From contig NC_045698.1 in NCBI RefSeq assembly GCF_009834535.1, positions 11,782,001 through 11,846,000 of the forward strand: a stretch of 64,000 nt of DNA. The letters run 5' to 3'. This document shows, piece after piece, positions 13,171 through 26,390 of this stretch. The notes below the pieces were generated by a model. The model did not search any database. It was not told the origin of the DNA and was given only the letters and a program-made list of their open reading frames with translations. Position 1 is the first letter of the stretch, and each line of letters begins with the position of its first letter. This DNA is from Camelus ferus. Taxonomy: Eukaryota. The position numbers and the translations under genes are program-made.

Positions 13171-13399
13171 TTAATTGGGGAAGGGAAGTTGCTCTCTCCC
13201 TGATGATGCTCCGGCGTAACTGTTTGGCTCAAAAACTGTAAATAGTTTCTTTTTAGCAACATGGAATAAATCTGAATTTTTGAAGGTTTCATAGATATGA
13301 TTTTCTTTTTTGGAAAATACTATTTTAAGAACATCAATGTACTCCTTTGAATTTGGGTCACAGTCTGATGGTATAGCATCAATGATTATATCAGAACTA
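13171..13399 (-). other. candidate terminal coding exon, unassigned
   Basis: unique sequence; stop-free frame (SSDIIIDAIP...QLPFPN*); weak acceptor atttattccag; minus-strand AATAAA at 12966-12971; may be a chance ORF. Confidence 0.2.
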
Positions 13400-13819
13400 C
13401 TGGAATAAATCATAGGCTTTAAAATAACATTTCTTCAATGAAATTTTATCACTGTAATAACTATTTCCAGAATACACCCCCATAATTAAAATGAAGACAG
13501 GATATAGAATTATAATACTGGAAAACAATTAGTTGTATCACATTTAAACTTGTTTTGACTAAGCTGAGTGAAATTTGCTTTGCTTCTGATAACATATAGG
13601 ATTTTAAATTAATTTGCTACAAATAAAAAATAAACATTAACCCCTCTAATTATGTTCCTATTTTCATTCCATTATTGATCTTCCTTGTGCTTTGAAAATT
13701 TTGCACTTGAAATTATCACCGTTACTCATAAATTTATCTCGTATTTCCCAAGGTGAGGGGTAATACACCTTATAAATACAGTGTTTTACAGTCTACCATG
13801 TCCTTTCTGATCTGTTTAA

Positions 13820-13980
13820 CTACATCTAAACCACATGTTAATCCCATGAGGTAGGTAAATCAGATATAGCTTCACAGATGAGAAAACTGTTAACCTTTAT
13901 CCAAGATCACATAATTAGAAAATGATAAAACCAGGAGAAGAATCAGTATCTTCTGAGACTTAGTCTGATGCTCTTTGAAA
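13820..13980. mobile_element. MIR SINE
   Basis: 'cccatgaggtagg...cacagatgagaaaactg...ccaagatcaca'. Confidence 0.7.
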
Positions 13981-14324
13981 CTTGGCAACCATCCAAAACT
14001 CAAAAGAAAAAAAAAAAATCTCCCTCTGCCTTTTATGAAACAGCATGAAGACTGCAGTGGTGTGTACAAAGTATAAAATTGCTTCTGTACTGCTGATTTT
14101 TTTCTTTCTCTCTGCCATTTCAATTTAGAAATGGCAAACCTTGGGGAGGTATCTAAGGTTTATACAGAGAAAACTTTACCTCTCAGGACTTGGGAGAGTC
14201 TAGCCAATATTGCTGAAATAGAAAAAGCTGTTCTTCATGTAATATTCATAAGAAAAATGAATTTTTAAAACTTGCAAAGATGGCTGAGCTATAACCTCAC
14301 AAGTTATATTTCAAAATATGTTAG

Positions 14325-17270
14325 AGGTCTTCTGCTTGTGGCCATAACAAAGTAACTCGTACCAGACTAATCTCACCAGAAACAAGTATAAAACTGGACA
14401 AAATATAGGAAATTATTATTTTTAGATATTAGACAACAGGCAACACAGAGCTGTGATCCCTGAGGGGAGCAGGGGACTCTTAAGATGAGAATCATTCTCG
14501 CAGCAGCTCTCCACCTGGAGGCATTTTGCAAACGCTGGTGTGGGGGAGGATGGAGCCCCAGCAGAGTGCAGACGTCTCCCTGGGTGGAGGCGGCAGATAT
14601 CATAGCTCTGGGCTACAGAGGTGGCTGGAAATTGTGGGGCAGGAATGCAGAGAAGGGATCCATGCATAAAAGAAGCTCCAGAATTGTGCACATGGTTCCT
14701 CTTACTCTTTGATGCAACACAAAACTGTGTATGCACAGGGCAGAATCCATAAGATGAGGCAAAAAACATCTACTGAAGAAAGTAAAACTACTGGGGAAAT
14801 TTGAGTTGAACAACTATTAGAACTCACCTAGGCTGGGAGATATTTGAATACTGACCAGCATGGAGAGATCTCATTAAATAACCTTGACATTCAATCGAGA
14901 CTCAGGGAAAAGGACGCTAATCTAGTTCCACAGTAAAAACTACTCTAAAATGCCCCTAACGAAGCTTGAAAATTATCCCTGAATGAGTTAAGCCTAAGTA
15001 AGCTGCCTGCCTGCTGGAATAAAACTCAATCTTCTATGAAGAAAGAATGTAAAAGCCAGCTCTTCAGCAACATAGCGCCCATAGTATCCAGCAAGTAATA
15101 AAACATTGCTACACGTTGTGACGAAGTGGCAAATGTGACGCGGCACCAAAGGAAGTCAGTCAATAGAAACATAAATTGTTTTATTTTTAGTGGCATGGGA
15201 TAAATCTCATAAATCTTTGAATGTTTGGAAAGTATGATAGCTTTTCTGGAAAGGACTATTTCCTAAAATAGATAAAGGAAAAAAATCTTATAAAGGAGTC
15301 AGAAAAAAAGGAAGAGCAACTGCTAACCTTGTTAGAAACAACGTAAGCCAGACTACATTAGATTGACATCTTTAAAGTACTGAAAGGAAAAAATAAAATC
15401 TAAAATCTTGTAAAAATATCCTCCAAAAATTAAGGAAAAAGTAAAGACTTTTTTAAGCAAACAAATGCAGAAAGAAACTGTCACCAGCAGACAAGCAATA
15501 CAAGATATATATTAAAAAAAAAAAAAAAAGAGAAGTCCTTCAGACCAAATGAAAATTGATACCAGATGGAAATTCAGTATACACAAAGAATGGAGAGCTC
15601 TAGAAAAATTAAATATGTAAATAAATATAAACTATTTTCTCTTGCTGCTTAATTCCAGAGAAAATGGAAGTATACTGTAGTAAGTGTAATATATTATGTG
15701 TATGCATACACGTACATACTGTGGTAAGCAAAGGATGAATATTGTAAGCTGAAGAGCAACTAATTTCAAAAAAGAAAGAAAGGAGAAGAAAAGAGATATA
15801 GCTGAAAAAACAGTAGAAGACATAAAGTGGAATCCTTAAAAATAATCCAGAAGGAAGCAAGAAATGAAGGAAAAAAAAAGATCTAATGGGACAAAAAATA
15901 GCTAATATGAGATGGCATATTTAAACACAATTCTTTGGTAATTGCTTTAAATACAACTGGATTCTAACTAAAAGGAAAGGATTATGAGATTGGATTTTTT
16001 AAAAGCAATATGCTGTTCATAAGAGAGAAAATGATGGAAGAAAGTATACCTCTTAGATATTCATCAGATGAATACTGGGTTGGCTGCATTAATATCAGAC
16101 AAATTCGACTTCAGGATAAGAAATATTTTTAGAGATAAAGAGGGGCATTCTATAATGAAAACATGATCATCAAGAAGACATTAAACTAATAAATGTGTAT
16201 ATGGCTAATAACATAAATGCAAAATACACAAAGGAAAAAAAATGAATGGAACAAGATGGGTAAATAGGAAATTCCACAATTAAAGTTTTAGATTTCAATA
16301 CTCCTTTCTCAGTAATAGATAAGTATACAAAACACTCTGTGTGGATATAGAAGACTTGAATAATGCTATCAAGTAACTTGACTAGCACAATACACATTTT
16401 TTTCCAAGTGATTATGGAGAATCCATCGATATAGGCCATATGTTGTGTCACAAAACAAACTACAGGAAAAAAATTAAAGAATTGAAATCATACAAGATAT
16501 ATTCTCTGACAAGTAAATTAAATTATAAAATTATTTAGAAATAGATATCAAAAATTCCCAAATATTTGGAACTTAAGGAATCTATGTCTCAATCCCTGGT
16601 TTAAAGAAGAAATTTGAAAATATTCTTATACGAATGATAATAAAAAAATAGCACTATCCAAATTTGTGGGATGCACTGTTTGGGAGAAATTATATATCTC
16701 TACTTGCCCATATAAAAAAGAGCTTTCTCTTTTAAAATTAAGATTAAAATTTTTAAATTAAAATCAATAGTTATTGCTTTTACCTTAAGAATCTAGTGAA
16801 GGAAGTCTAAAACCAAATTAAGCAAAAGGAAGGAACCAGTAATGATAAGAGTGGGTATCAATGAAATAGAAAACAGATGAACAATAAAGAAAACCAAAAT
16901 TTGGTTTATTGAAAATGTTAACAAAATTGATAACCCCCTAGTTTAACTGATTAAGATAAAAATAGAGAAAGCACAAATCAACACCAAGAAAGAAAAAAAG
17001 AACATCCACAATGATCCACAGACATTAAAGGAATAATAAATTTTTGAATCACTTTATATCAATAAATTCAACAATTTAGATTAAAAGGCAAATTCCTTGA
17101 AAGACACAAATTACTAAAACTGGCATGAGAAGACAGAAAATCTAAATAGTCCTACAATCATTAAAGCCATGTATTTGTATTCAAAACCTTCCCAAAGAAA
17201 ACTCCAGACAACTTCATTCATGAATTCTAACAAACAATTAGGGAAGAAATAATATCAATTTTACAAAATG
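14325..17270 (+). mobile_element. ancient L1M: 5' region, decayed ORF1 and ORF2 endonuclease remnants
   Basis: A-rich plus strand; ORF2-like DNA such as 'taatatcagacaaattcgacttcagg', 'gatttcaatactcctttctcagtaatagataa', 'gaattgaaatcatacaag'; no intact ORF. Confidence 0.85.
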
Positions 17271-17599
17271 TATGAAGCTCAAAATACTATTTATTCTCTG
17301 ATTACACTGGTTTCATAGATTGGCTTAATCTCTAGATGATATGACAATCATAAAAATCTTGAAAATTGGGTTGAGGAAACAGATAAAACTAAATCAGAAG
17401 AAAAATCTGATTCAAGAACACCAGTGTTTGTTATTCTTTCCTGAGCCAGGCAGGAAGCAGAGAGCTGACAGAGTTCAGATAGATTTTACTAAACTCTGTC
17501 ACAAGTTATCCTATGCTGAGTTGAAGCTGTATGATCCTAGTTACTGTCTCCTTTTTCTGTTCTCTTTCATATGAGTGATCGAAACTTTCTCTTTCTACT

Positions 17600-18400
17600 T
17601 CCTCTTCCACCATTTCCAGCAAAGAGGCATCTAACTCAGCCTGGATGTGGGGCAAGGCCAGGGAAACGTCTATGATGAGATGATGTCTATGTTAAGCCCA
17701 GAAGGGTGCACATGTGTTGTATGCAGAAGAAGCAGGCAAAAAAGCCAGGAAAGGCAGAATGGTCAAAGGCACAGGAATGAAAGCTGGCATTTAAAGAACT
17801 GTAAAAGGTTCCTGCATATTAAACCAAAGAGCAATGCGGGAGCAGGTTAGGTCAGAGATCACATCCTGAATGTGGCATGTTCTTGAGGATTTTATCTTCA
17901 AAAGCAGGAAGCTATTGAAAGATTGCAAACACGATCAAATTTGCACTGTTCAAAGGATAGTCGAATCGTGCATTGGGAGGAGGATAGACCTGTTTATCAG
18001 ATATTGCAATAGTTCAGTGCAAGACAATGAGGGCCTGATTCAAATTAGAGACAGCAGAGAAACAGAGAAAGAGATACATCTGGATACAGAGGCAGAATCC
18101 ATGGGATGTGATTGATGATTCAGTGTCAGGGGAGAGGAAGAGGCAGGAATCCAGCTGATTCCAAGGCTTCCTGCTCAGATGGCTGTGTGTATAGTGTGTC
18201 CTTCACCAAGATGGGGTCCCAGTAGGGACAAGGTACCTACCACTCTTGCAGTTGTGAACTACTGAGGTTTGAGGTGGAATGTGGAGGCCTGATAGGCGTT
18301 TGTATACATCTTGCACTCAAGAGAGAACACTGGAGATGGACATTTGGGTTTCATCAGCACATAAATTGAATGTGCAACCAAGGCATACATAGAATGAGAA
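17600..18400 (-). mobile_element. L2 fragment
   Basis: purine-rich L2-antisense motifs 'gaggattttatcttcaaaagcaggaagctattgaaagatt', 'gaggcagaatccatgggatgtgattgat'. Confidence 0.7.
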
Positions 18401-19734
18401 GAAAGATACGTGTGGCTGTTGAAGCCATATGAATAGATGAATAAATTGTAAATTTTACAATAGACTCTCTCTCCTCCATAAATGCCACTCCCAACACTTC
18501 ATCCTTCTGGTCTTCCACCATCATAATAATACTGCACCAAGTTCTGTAAAGCTGTAATGCAATCTTATAACCATTCTTCAATAAGACGCCATCAATAATC
18601 TGATAGTAAAGATAGAGTGAAATTTACAATGAAGCTGTCGACACTTAGCCTTCTATCATTTGGATGGACAGTTCTCTAGTATTTACAAAGGTAAGATTGT
18701 TTTATATTCTTTTTCTCAAAGAGGTCCCTCAAATTACGTGAGTTGCAGCACACCTGTACCACCCCTGAATAAGGACTGTAATTCAAATGTTATAGACAAT
18801 AAATTAGTAAAATTAATGTTTTTAATTCAGTAAATTACATTAGTAAATTTGAGAATTGGCTTTCACACTCAAGTCTTCTGACATCAGGGCCCATGCCCTT
18901 CACTATGGCTGGAGTTCTCCACCCTGGCTGCACTCTTAAATTGCCTCGTGGCATCCCATGTCAAGAATACTGCCTTACGCTACCTCTGCTAACACTTCTT
19001 ATAGTTACATACAGATTAACAATTTAAAAAAATTTTGTTCTTGAGGAAATTTTCCAAAAGGCAAAATAGTAAAACAAAGAAATGAAGTCTTTGCATTAAT
19101 TTTTTAAGTGATCAGTTCAGTTGTGCCAAATCCTACGAACATTTAATCATACAAAGATAAGCTGTTTCTTCTTATCTGGAGAAACTCTAATTATGGCAAG
19201 CAAACTATTTATATTTGTTCTGCAATCAGTTATTGATATTTTCTCTGACTTGGAATACATAATTAAATACCTAGCGACTCTCTGTGTTCTAATCTACATA
19301 AGTTTGAATCAAATTATTTTTATTCAGGATTTATTCCGTTGCCCTGTGAGTCTTCCATCAAGGACCACCACCCTCACTGGCATCTTCACCTCACTGAGGT
19401 GTCGCCTCTTGCTACGTTCTAGGTATGTAGGAGAGAAGCATTTCCCTCCACAGCTGAGCTTTTATAAGGTTCCACTGCTTAGTTCAAAGCTTAACATTCT
19501 TTACGAAAGCTATGTTTTCAACTTACCTTTTCAACAATTAACTTTCATTTCTAATAAGGACTAGAGAAGCAAGAGCAATTTTATGTGAGAGAAAGTTTTT
19601 TGAATATATCCAAATTCCCCTGGATTCTTTGGGCAAAGAATCTGCTTTTGCTTTGTTACTCCCTGTATCTGCTTACAGTGACACTTCGTATTTTCCGTGA
19701 ACAATTTTTTTTCTCACTTTAGGCTACTCAAAGG

Positions 19735-19930
19735 AACCTGTGATGTAGTGAATGGAGTGCCTGAGTGAAAGACAGATTCTGATCCAACTGAAAAGCTGTG
19801 TAAAACTGGCAAAGATGATTAAACCCTGTGCAACTCAGTTTTTTTTTTTTAACTGTAGAATTAGAATATAAATATGCCTTCTGTCTAACTCACAGGGTTG
19901 GCCAATGACCAAATGTGATATTTATTGGAC
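19735..19930. mobile_element. MIR SINE
   Basis: 'gtgatgtagtgaatggag...ctgtgcaactcagttt...aactcacagggttg'. Confidence 0.65.
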
Positions 19931-22274
19931 AGGAAGATACTTGCTCTTGGGGAATCTTTGACTGCAAAATCTTTGAATACATGCAAACTTAGAAAGCTGC
20001 ATTATGAGCTATGTTCCAAATAAACAATTTATCCAACTTAGACTTTCACCGAAGTGTGGTAAACCACAAGAGGCCAGATATCTTTCTTTACTGATTGGAA
20101 ATTATCATAGATATTCAGTATTTCCTTTCATTTGAAAACTATCTTCCAGGGAGATATGTATATTACCATAATTTGAGAATATGATGTTTCTAAAGAGTTT
20201 AAAATCTGATTGACTTTGAGAAGTTCAAGGGCCACTATTGATTATTACATATGAATATCTATGAAATTAATTCCTTGTATAACATGATTTCTCGAAGTAA
20301 CTGAAGTCAGTATCTCCAAATACGCGATAAAAATCACGGCAAACGCTAAGGGTGCGTTGAAACGCAAGAGCCAAGACTGATACTCGCTTGGAGTCACTGA
20401 ATGGGATGGGAAACCCAGACATTGTTTAATAGACTAAACTTCTCATTTGACAGACATTGAAACAGAGATTAAGTGGTTCTGTCAAGCAGCTATTTTGTTG
20501 TAGGACTAGAGACTAGAATCCCTAAATCAAAATGCAGGTCTCTTTTAACTATTACCCACTAACCATGGAAATATTTCCCCCAAATTTTCACACTGAAATA
20601 GCAAATATTTACATTTGTAAGGAATAGGGAGAAAATAGGTTTTAAAAGCAAGAAGGCAAAGTGTTTAGATTTTATCAAAACCCTTAACGAGGCTTTCCAT
20701 TGTATAGTTTGACATCATAGGAGGGATGTTCTACCAATATATTGCCTGAATTTTTGGTTCCAGCATAGATCTTTCCTCTTAGACTATTAAAGCGCAGTTA
20801 AAACTTATTTTATTTAGTTGCTTACTCATATTTGCAGTACTGATCTTAAGTTGGGATTTAATTATAGAATGCATTATACCAAATTAATCTCATTGGAGTT
20901 CATTATTCTTATGTAGCAAATTTCAAAAAATTAACTTAAAGGGGAAAAAAGAAGAGCAGAACAATCTCATATAAACTCTTTCCCAGTGGATCAATTCACT
21001 TTGAACTCCACTAAGCAGCCCAGTGAGGCAAACGTTTTCCTTTATTCAGGCCAAGCATTCGGGGGCACATTTTCAAAGAAATGATTAGCAAGATGTGAGC
21101 GTTAAACACTGTCAGTTCTGCAAAATTGCATGTAGGGTATTCTGGACATTTTTTATCTGGACAAAATGTAAACAAGGGAAATCACCTAGAAAATTTAGCA
21201 AAAGCAAACCTAGTCGTGGCTTTGCCCCTGGGAGTGACGGAGGCAACATTATACGCTCTCGCCTGTGCTACAGCTGTTCCCAAATTCTTACGTGGCAGTT
21301 GCAAAGAGGAATGCCTTCCTCATAAATGTTTAACTCCAAGGTTATGGCCCTTTCTTTAAGAAGTAGACCTCATCCCAGTTGCTCACTCTTAAGTGGGAAC
21401 TGCAGTAGATGGATGAATACTTGAATTTCAAAATAGAATTCTTTCTCTGATAAAGAAGAGTTCCCAAGTAACATGATGGTAAGAGGGTCTGATGACACTT
21501 GAGTCCCAGTTCTAACATTGATGCTGGGGAATCTCTCTACCCTCCTTGGGACTCGGTTTCTTCCTGTGTAATATGATGATCCCTGAGGCCCATTCTGTGC
21601 TAACTTTGAATCCTCCCAAATGTCCAACTTCATTGCTCAAAGCGGGCTGCCAAATTTTTCAAAACATCGAGGCTAAGGTTACACCAGAAGTCAGTATTTT
21701 ATTTTGTTAAATTCAGTGCCACAACTCCCTGTGAATGAATAAATCAATCAATGAAGTGTGAATAGTGACACTACATGGGAGACAGGGGCATTAGGAGGCT
21801 GGATCTGCGGTCATTCATTGCAGAATGGCTAATAACCTAGATTACTATGAGGTGTGTCAGATTCAATGGCATGAATAAAAGGCATGCCTTCTAAAAAAAA
21901 TACTAATTTGAAGAAAATTATTTTTGTGGGGTATACTGTTTGCTTTTCTCTTTCTGTTTTATACCCGCAGAAAAAGCAAATTATACTTTCACATAAAATT
22001 CACTCAGAAAACCAAAATATGACAGAAGGAATTTAACTTTCTGTAGTAGGACACATCTGGCGAAAGTTTCCATCCATTTTTCTTTTTTTTAAAGCAAATC
22101 ATCCCTTGCAATCACTATGATGCAGTCTAGAAAGAACACAGGACCAGGATATGGGAAAACCTGGATTTGTACCCCCCGGAGGAAGGGGTCACATCTTCCA
22201 TGGTTTACCTGGCATTCTTAGAAGTTAGTTTGGTGCATGACACACAGTGAACGCTCCAAATGAGGACTTCTCTA

Positions 22275-22700
22275 CAAAGTCTGCTGCCTCCTGTATGAGT
22301 GTCCTGCTCCGGGACACTTCTGGGAGCAGAAGCTGAGGCTGAGCTGTGTGCTACAGCTTCCTTGGGAGGTACAACCCCAAGGCATGAAAAATGAGGGAGA
22401 AACAACAGGAAGCAAACTGAAGAGGGTACGGATGCTACTGAGACAGTGACAGCTGATTCCCAGCACAGGATGCCATCCAAGTGGACTGTGTAGGAATCCC
22501 GAGCCTCAGATGCATCCACTAGGGGAGAGAAATTTGTTTTTCAGTTCCTACCTGTGCCCTGTCCCTCAATTCACCACCTGTGGCACTGACTCTCACACAC
22601 CTAAGTGATGTTACCTGGCCGTGCTGGGCAGCTGCTGGAGAAGCCATAATGCATCGCCTCTGGCGCAGGGCCTCCTTGGAGCCCGGGAGTGGTGGGAGGA
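22275..22700. mobile_element. ERVL-type (LTR16/LTR33-like) LTR, degenerate
   Basis: 'ctgggagcagaagctgaggctgag...ttgggaggtacaacccc'. Confidence 0.45.
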
Positions 22701-23544
22701 GGGAGGACCTGCGGCGAAGCACGGGGGCAGCTCTTCTTTCAGGGGCATTTTGGAGGCCATGCCAAAGGCCAACACCCCCAGAGCACCCACCCCACCAGGG
22801 TTGGGGTGTCAGTGAATCTCTCCACTGAGGAAGTGGCCGTGTCCCAGGAAGCAGGCAAAGCTAAGTGAATCTGGGAAGGTGATAAACTGGGTGAGGGACC
22901 GTGTGGCATTTTCGAAAACTATCTGACCCAGGTCTCAGTTTCTTCAGCTCTAAGATGCTGATCATTTATATCTCCTTCCAGGTCATAAAAGTATCATGAG
23001 GATAAAATGAGAGACACGTGACTTTCATCTTCTCATCACTCTCCTCCCTCCCTTGCCTCCATCCTGCAAACCTCCAACGTAGATAGACTGCACTCGTACC
23101 CCAGCTCTATCACCAGGAGATGCTAAAAAAAAAATATCACAGCCAATCAAACTGTTACGCCAGCCTCAGGTAGGCCCTCCTCACTGACACCCAACCTTGG
23201 TGTTTTTCCCATTAAGCTTCCTCTTCCTCATTTTCCCCTCCACTCTCTAATCTCAGCCCACGCCCTTGGCCGGGAACAGGCCCAAATTTTGTAAGCCCCA
23301 GAGGTGATACACTATTGGGAATTCATTTTAAGAAAAAAAAATTAAAAATGTAAAATTTGATCTGAAAGTGAACATTGATTTTATTTTATTTTATTTTGAA
23401 TATTGATTTTAAATGAGCAAAGAAAACACACCAATACTAGGGACTCGGGAACCCAGGTCTGATTCTTCCGAGATCTCTTTAGACGATTTACCAGAAACGC
23501 TTACTAATTGCAACTTCATTTACCTTCCTAGCACAGAAGACCCA

Positions 23545-23710
23545 ACAGCAGCATTTCTCAAACCTCAAAGGACCTACAAACTTCTGGAGAACTTGTTAAA
23601 ATGCAGATCTTGATTCAGTAGGTCTGGGTGGGCTCCGAGATTCTTCACTTTTGACAATGCCCGGGGCACGCCCAGGGGACACCACGAACCACACTTCAAG
23701 CAGAAAGGCT
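23545..23710. mobile_element. MER5-like hAT fossil
   Basis: 'tttctcaaacc...cttgttaaaatgcagat...gattcagtaggtctggg'. Confidence 0.75.
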
Positions 23711-24669
23711 CTTAACTCCCAGCATTTGCTAAGGCAAGTGAGGGCTCAGGAAGCTAAAACCTCATTAACTTCATTGCCTTCAGGGGTAAACCACCCCACC
23801 CTTCCAACGCCTAGCAAAGGGGCAATTCAAAATGTTGCTGTAGGTGTTGACAAAGGAAGTAACTGTAGCAACTGGATAAAAGATCTTTTTCTAATTCTTA
23901 CTTTCCACACAACTGAAGGAGAGCCTAGCCCTTCCGTCAACCAATAGGTTATTTAAAATGACTTTTGATATACGCTCTTCGATTTTTGCCATAAACCTCC
24001 AGAAGGTGTTTAAAGAACTGAATGGCGCTGCTGGAGCACAAATACTTCCATACTCATCTGCTTAACTCTGAAAATGTTTCTCAGGGACTATTTTAATAAA
24101 AGTGAAAAACAGAAAGAGCCTTGATGCAGAACTCTGTCTCATTCTCACAAAAAATAATATGGAACCATGGATACTTAAATTACTTAAAAAAAGATTCCTT
24201 CATCTATCTCTTTAACAAATACATATCTAGTAACTGTAACACGTTTAACAATAATTTATCAAATTGTATAATGCATCCTATTGTTTTGACTAATTGTATA
24301 CAAATATTAATTGTGAAATAACTCAACCCAGAAGAAAAATATTTAATGCTCAGAAGTTTATGGTTATAGGACTTCTTAAAATTTAATTTCAGTGTCCATA
24401 ATTTATTACAAATGTCACTCAAAAGATGATTTCCAAACATAAAGTTATATTATGATAAAATTCTGCAGAAGAAATCAGATGGAAATAAGATTACAAGAGA
24501 AAAAGAATAACATAAAATTTCCATCTTGTTCATGAATATATTTTAAATAAATCACTGAATATCAAATTGTGATTCTATGTTGATTCCATAAGTATATTTT
24601 AAAAGAACTTACAACAGTTTATCTTCAAATTTCTACATGCCTGTGATATTTTGATTTTTAGTAACAAAT

Positions 24670-25410
24670 ATACATGGGGTCTTCAACCCCAGTTCTGGCC
24701 CAGAACTCCTAAAACCTTTGGACTTCCTAAAAGAATGACAGAGGAGTGTTTTATCATATTAATGAGGTGGCTTTGGGCCCCTCCCCTAGGATGGGCTCTG
24801 ATAGCGAGAGGAACCATGTGATTAGAGGGTTGGAATGTTTAGTCCCACCCCCTGGAACTCCAGGGAGGGGAGAGAAGCAGGAAGTTGAATTCAATTACCA
24901 ATAGCCAGTGATTGAATCAATCGTGCGCATGTAATGACTGCTCCAAAACCCTGAAAGGATGGGGTTTGGAGAGCTCCCACATTGGTGAACATGTGGAGAT
25001 TTGAGGAGAATGGCGTGCTCTGAGAGGGTATGGAAGCTCCAAGCACTTTCCCACGTACCTTGGCCACTATGTCTCTTCCATCTGGATGTTCCTGAATTAA
25101 ACCAGTGATCAAGTAAGTAAAATGTTTCTCTGAGATCTGTAAGTCCCTCTAGTAAATTAATCAAACCCAAGGAGGAAGGTTGGGTCATTGGAGCCTCCAA
25201 TCTATAGCACAGAAATATAGGTGACAACCTGGACTTGTGAGTCACATCTGAAGGGGGATGGGGCGCAGTATTGTAGGACTGAGTCCTCAGCTTGTGGAAT
25301 CTGATGCTGTCAGATTCTGAGCTGAAATTCCGACACCTTGCTGGTGTCTGAAAATTGCTTTTGTTGCGAGTCACACTCCTACACACACATTGAAATTGGG
25401 CACAGAACCC
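24670..25410 (+). mobile_element. MER21-like LTR
   Basis: 'gaactcctaaaacctttgg', 'gattagagggttggaatgtttagtcccacccc', 'gtaggactgagtcctcagcttgtggaatctgatgct'; related in reverse to 54130-54753. Confidence 0.8.
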
Positions 25411-25579
25411 AAAAGAATGCCAAAATATGTATATTTTGAAATTACTTAAAGCTGTGATGAAAGGTTGTCAATGTACAACTGTGCTGGGGACTCATAGTTT
25501 TCCAAAACTTCTTACAGCTTCTACGAGCACACGCAGTTTGGGGATCACAGCTCCGCACAAGCTACTCCACTTGTCCGTG

Positions 25580-25790
25580 GTTCCCTCTACCACCCACCCC
25601 AGTCTGGCTCTGCCTCACCTTCATCGATGCCACCCTTGCTCAAGTCACAAATGTTCGGCACTTGTATGACTTTATCTTGATTCATTAGGGCTGCAGTAAC
25701 CCTATGTCCAAATAAAGTCATTTTCTGAGGTACTGGGATTTGGGACTTCAATATATCTCCTTGGGGAAACACAGTCCAACTCACAAGAGT
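25580..25790 (-). mobile_element. MLT1 LTR fragment
   Basis: 'ccctatgtccaaataaagtcattttctgaggtactggg...ggaaacacagtccaac'. Confidence 0.7.
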
Positions 25791-25829
25791 GAACAAGTCT
25801 GTTTTCTTGGATAAGCCCTCAAAACCCAC

Positions 25830-26390
25830 TCTCTTCTCTTCACTTTCCAGATTCTCCGACCTCAGTGGTCCCTCATCCTGTTTCCTTTGCTGACCGTTCC
25901 TCTCTTACCTGGCCTCTCAATGTTGGAAAGACAAGGCCTCCACTCTGAGCACACATCTCACTCTACAGTCTCTTCTTGTTGAGGTCATCCACGCCCAACA
26001 CTCTGCCATCCCTAGACTGCCAATTGTCTCTTATTCCTGGCCTCGCCTCTGAGCCCCAGACCCAAATATCCAACTGTCTACTTAAAATAACCTCTTAGTT
26101 ATCTCACAAACATCTCTCACCTACTGCTTCCCAAATTAAATTCCCCACTCTCCATCTGCTCTCCTTCCAGTCCTATCTCAGTAAGTAACACCCAAATACC
26201 CCCAGTTGCTCGAGCTCGTAATCTGATAATCATCTGGGATATCTTCCTCCTTAAAATATATCTAGAATCCACAGAGCATTCTCGGGTTCCTTTGCCAATA
26301 CTCTAAGCCACGCTACAACATCACTCTCCTGAAAACATTTCACTTTGGGTAAAATCCAAAGTCTATTCAAAGCTCTCAAGGTCCCACATG
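25830..26390 (+). mobile_element. L2 fragment
   Basis: 'cctctgagccccagacccaaatatccaactgtctact', 'atctcagtaagtaacacc'. Confidence 0.7.

Noticed and set aside
14325..17270. Functional L1 ORF1/ORF2
   Set aside because: Riddled with stops and frameshifts; the ORF track shows no long plus-strand frame
22516..22530. CTCF-like ccactaggggag
   Set aside because: Lacks the GGC of the core motif; a single weak match inside a probable LTR
24895..25386. 163-aa ORF
   Set aside because: Lies entirely within the MER21-like LTR
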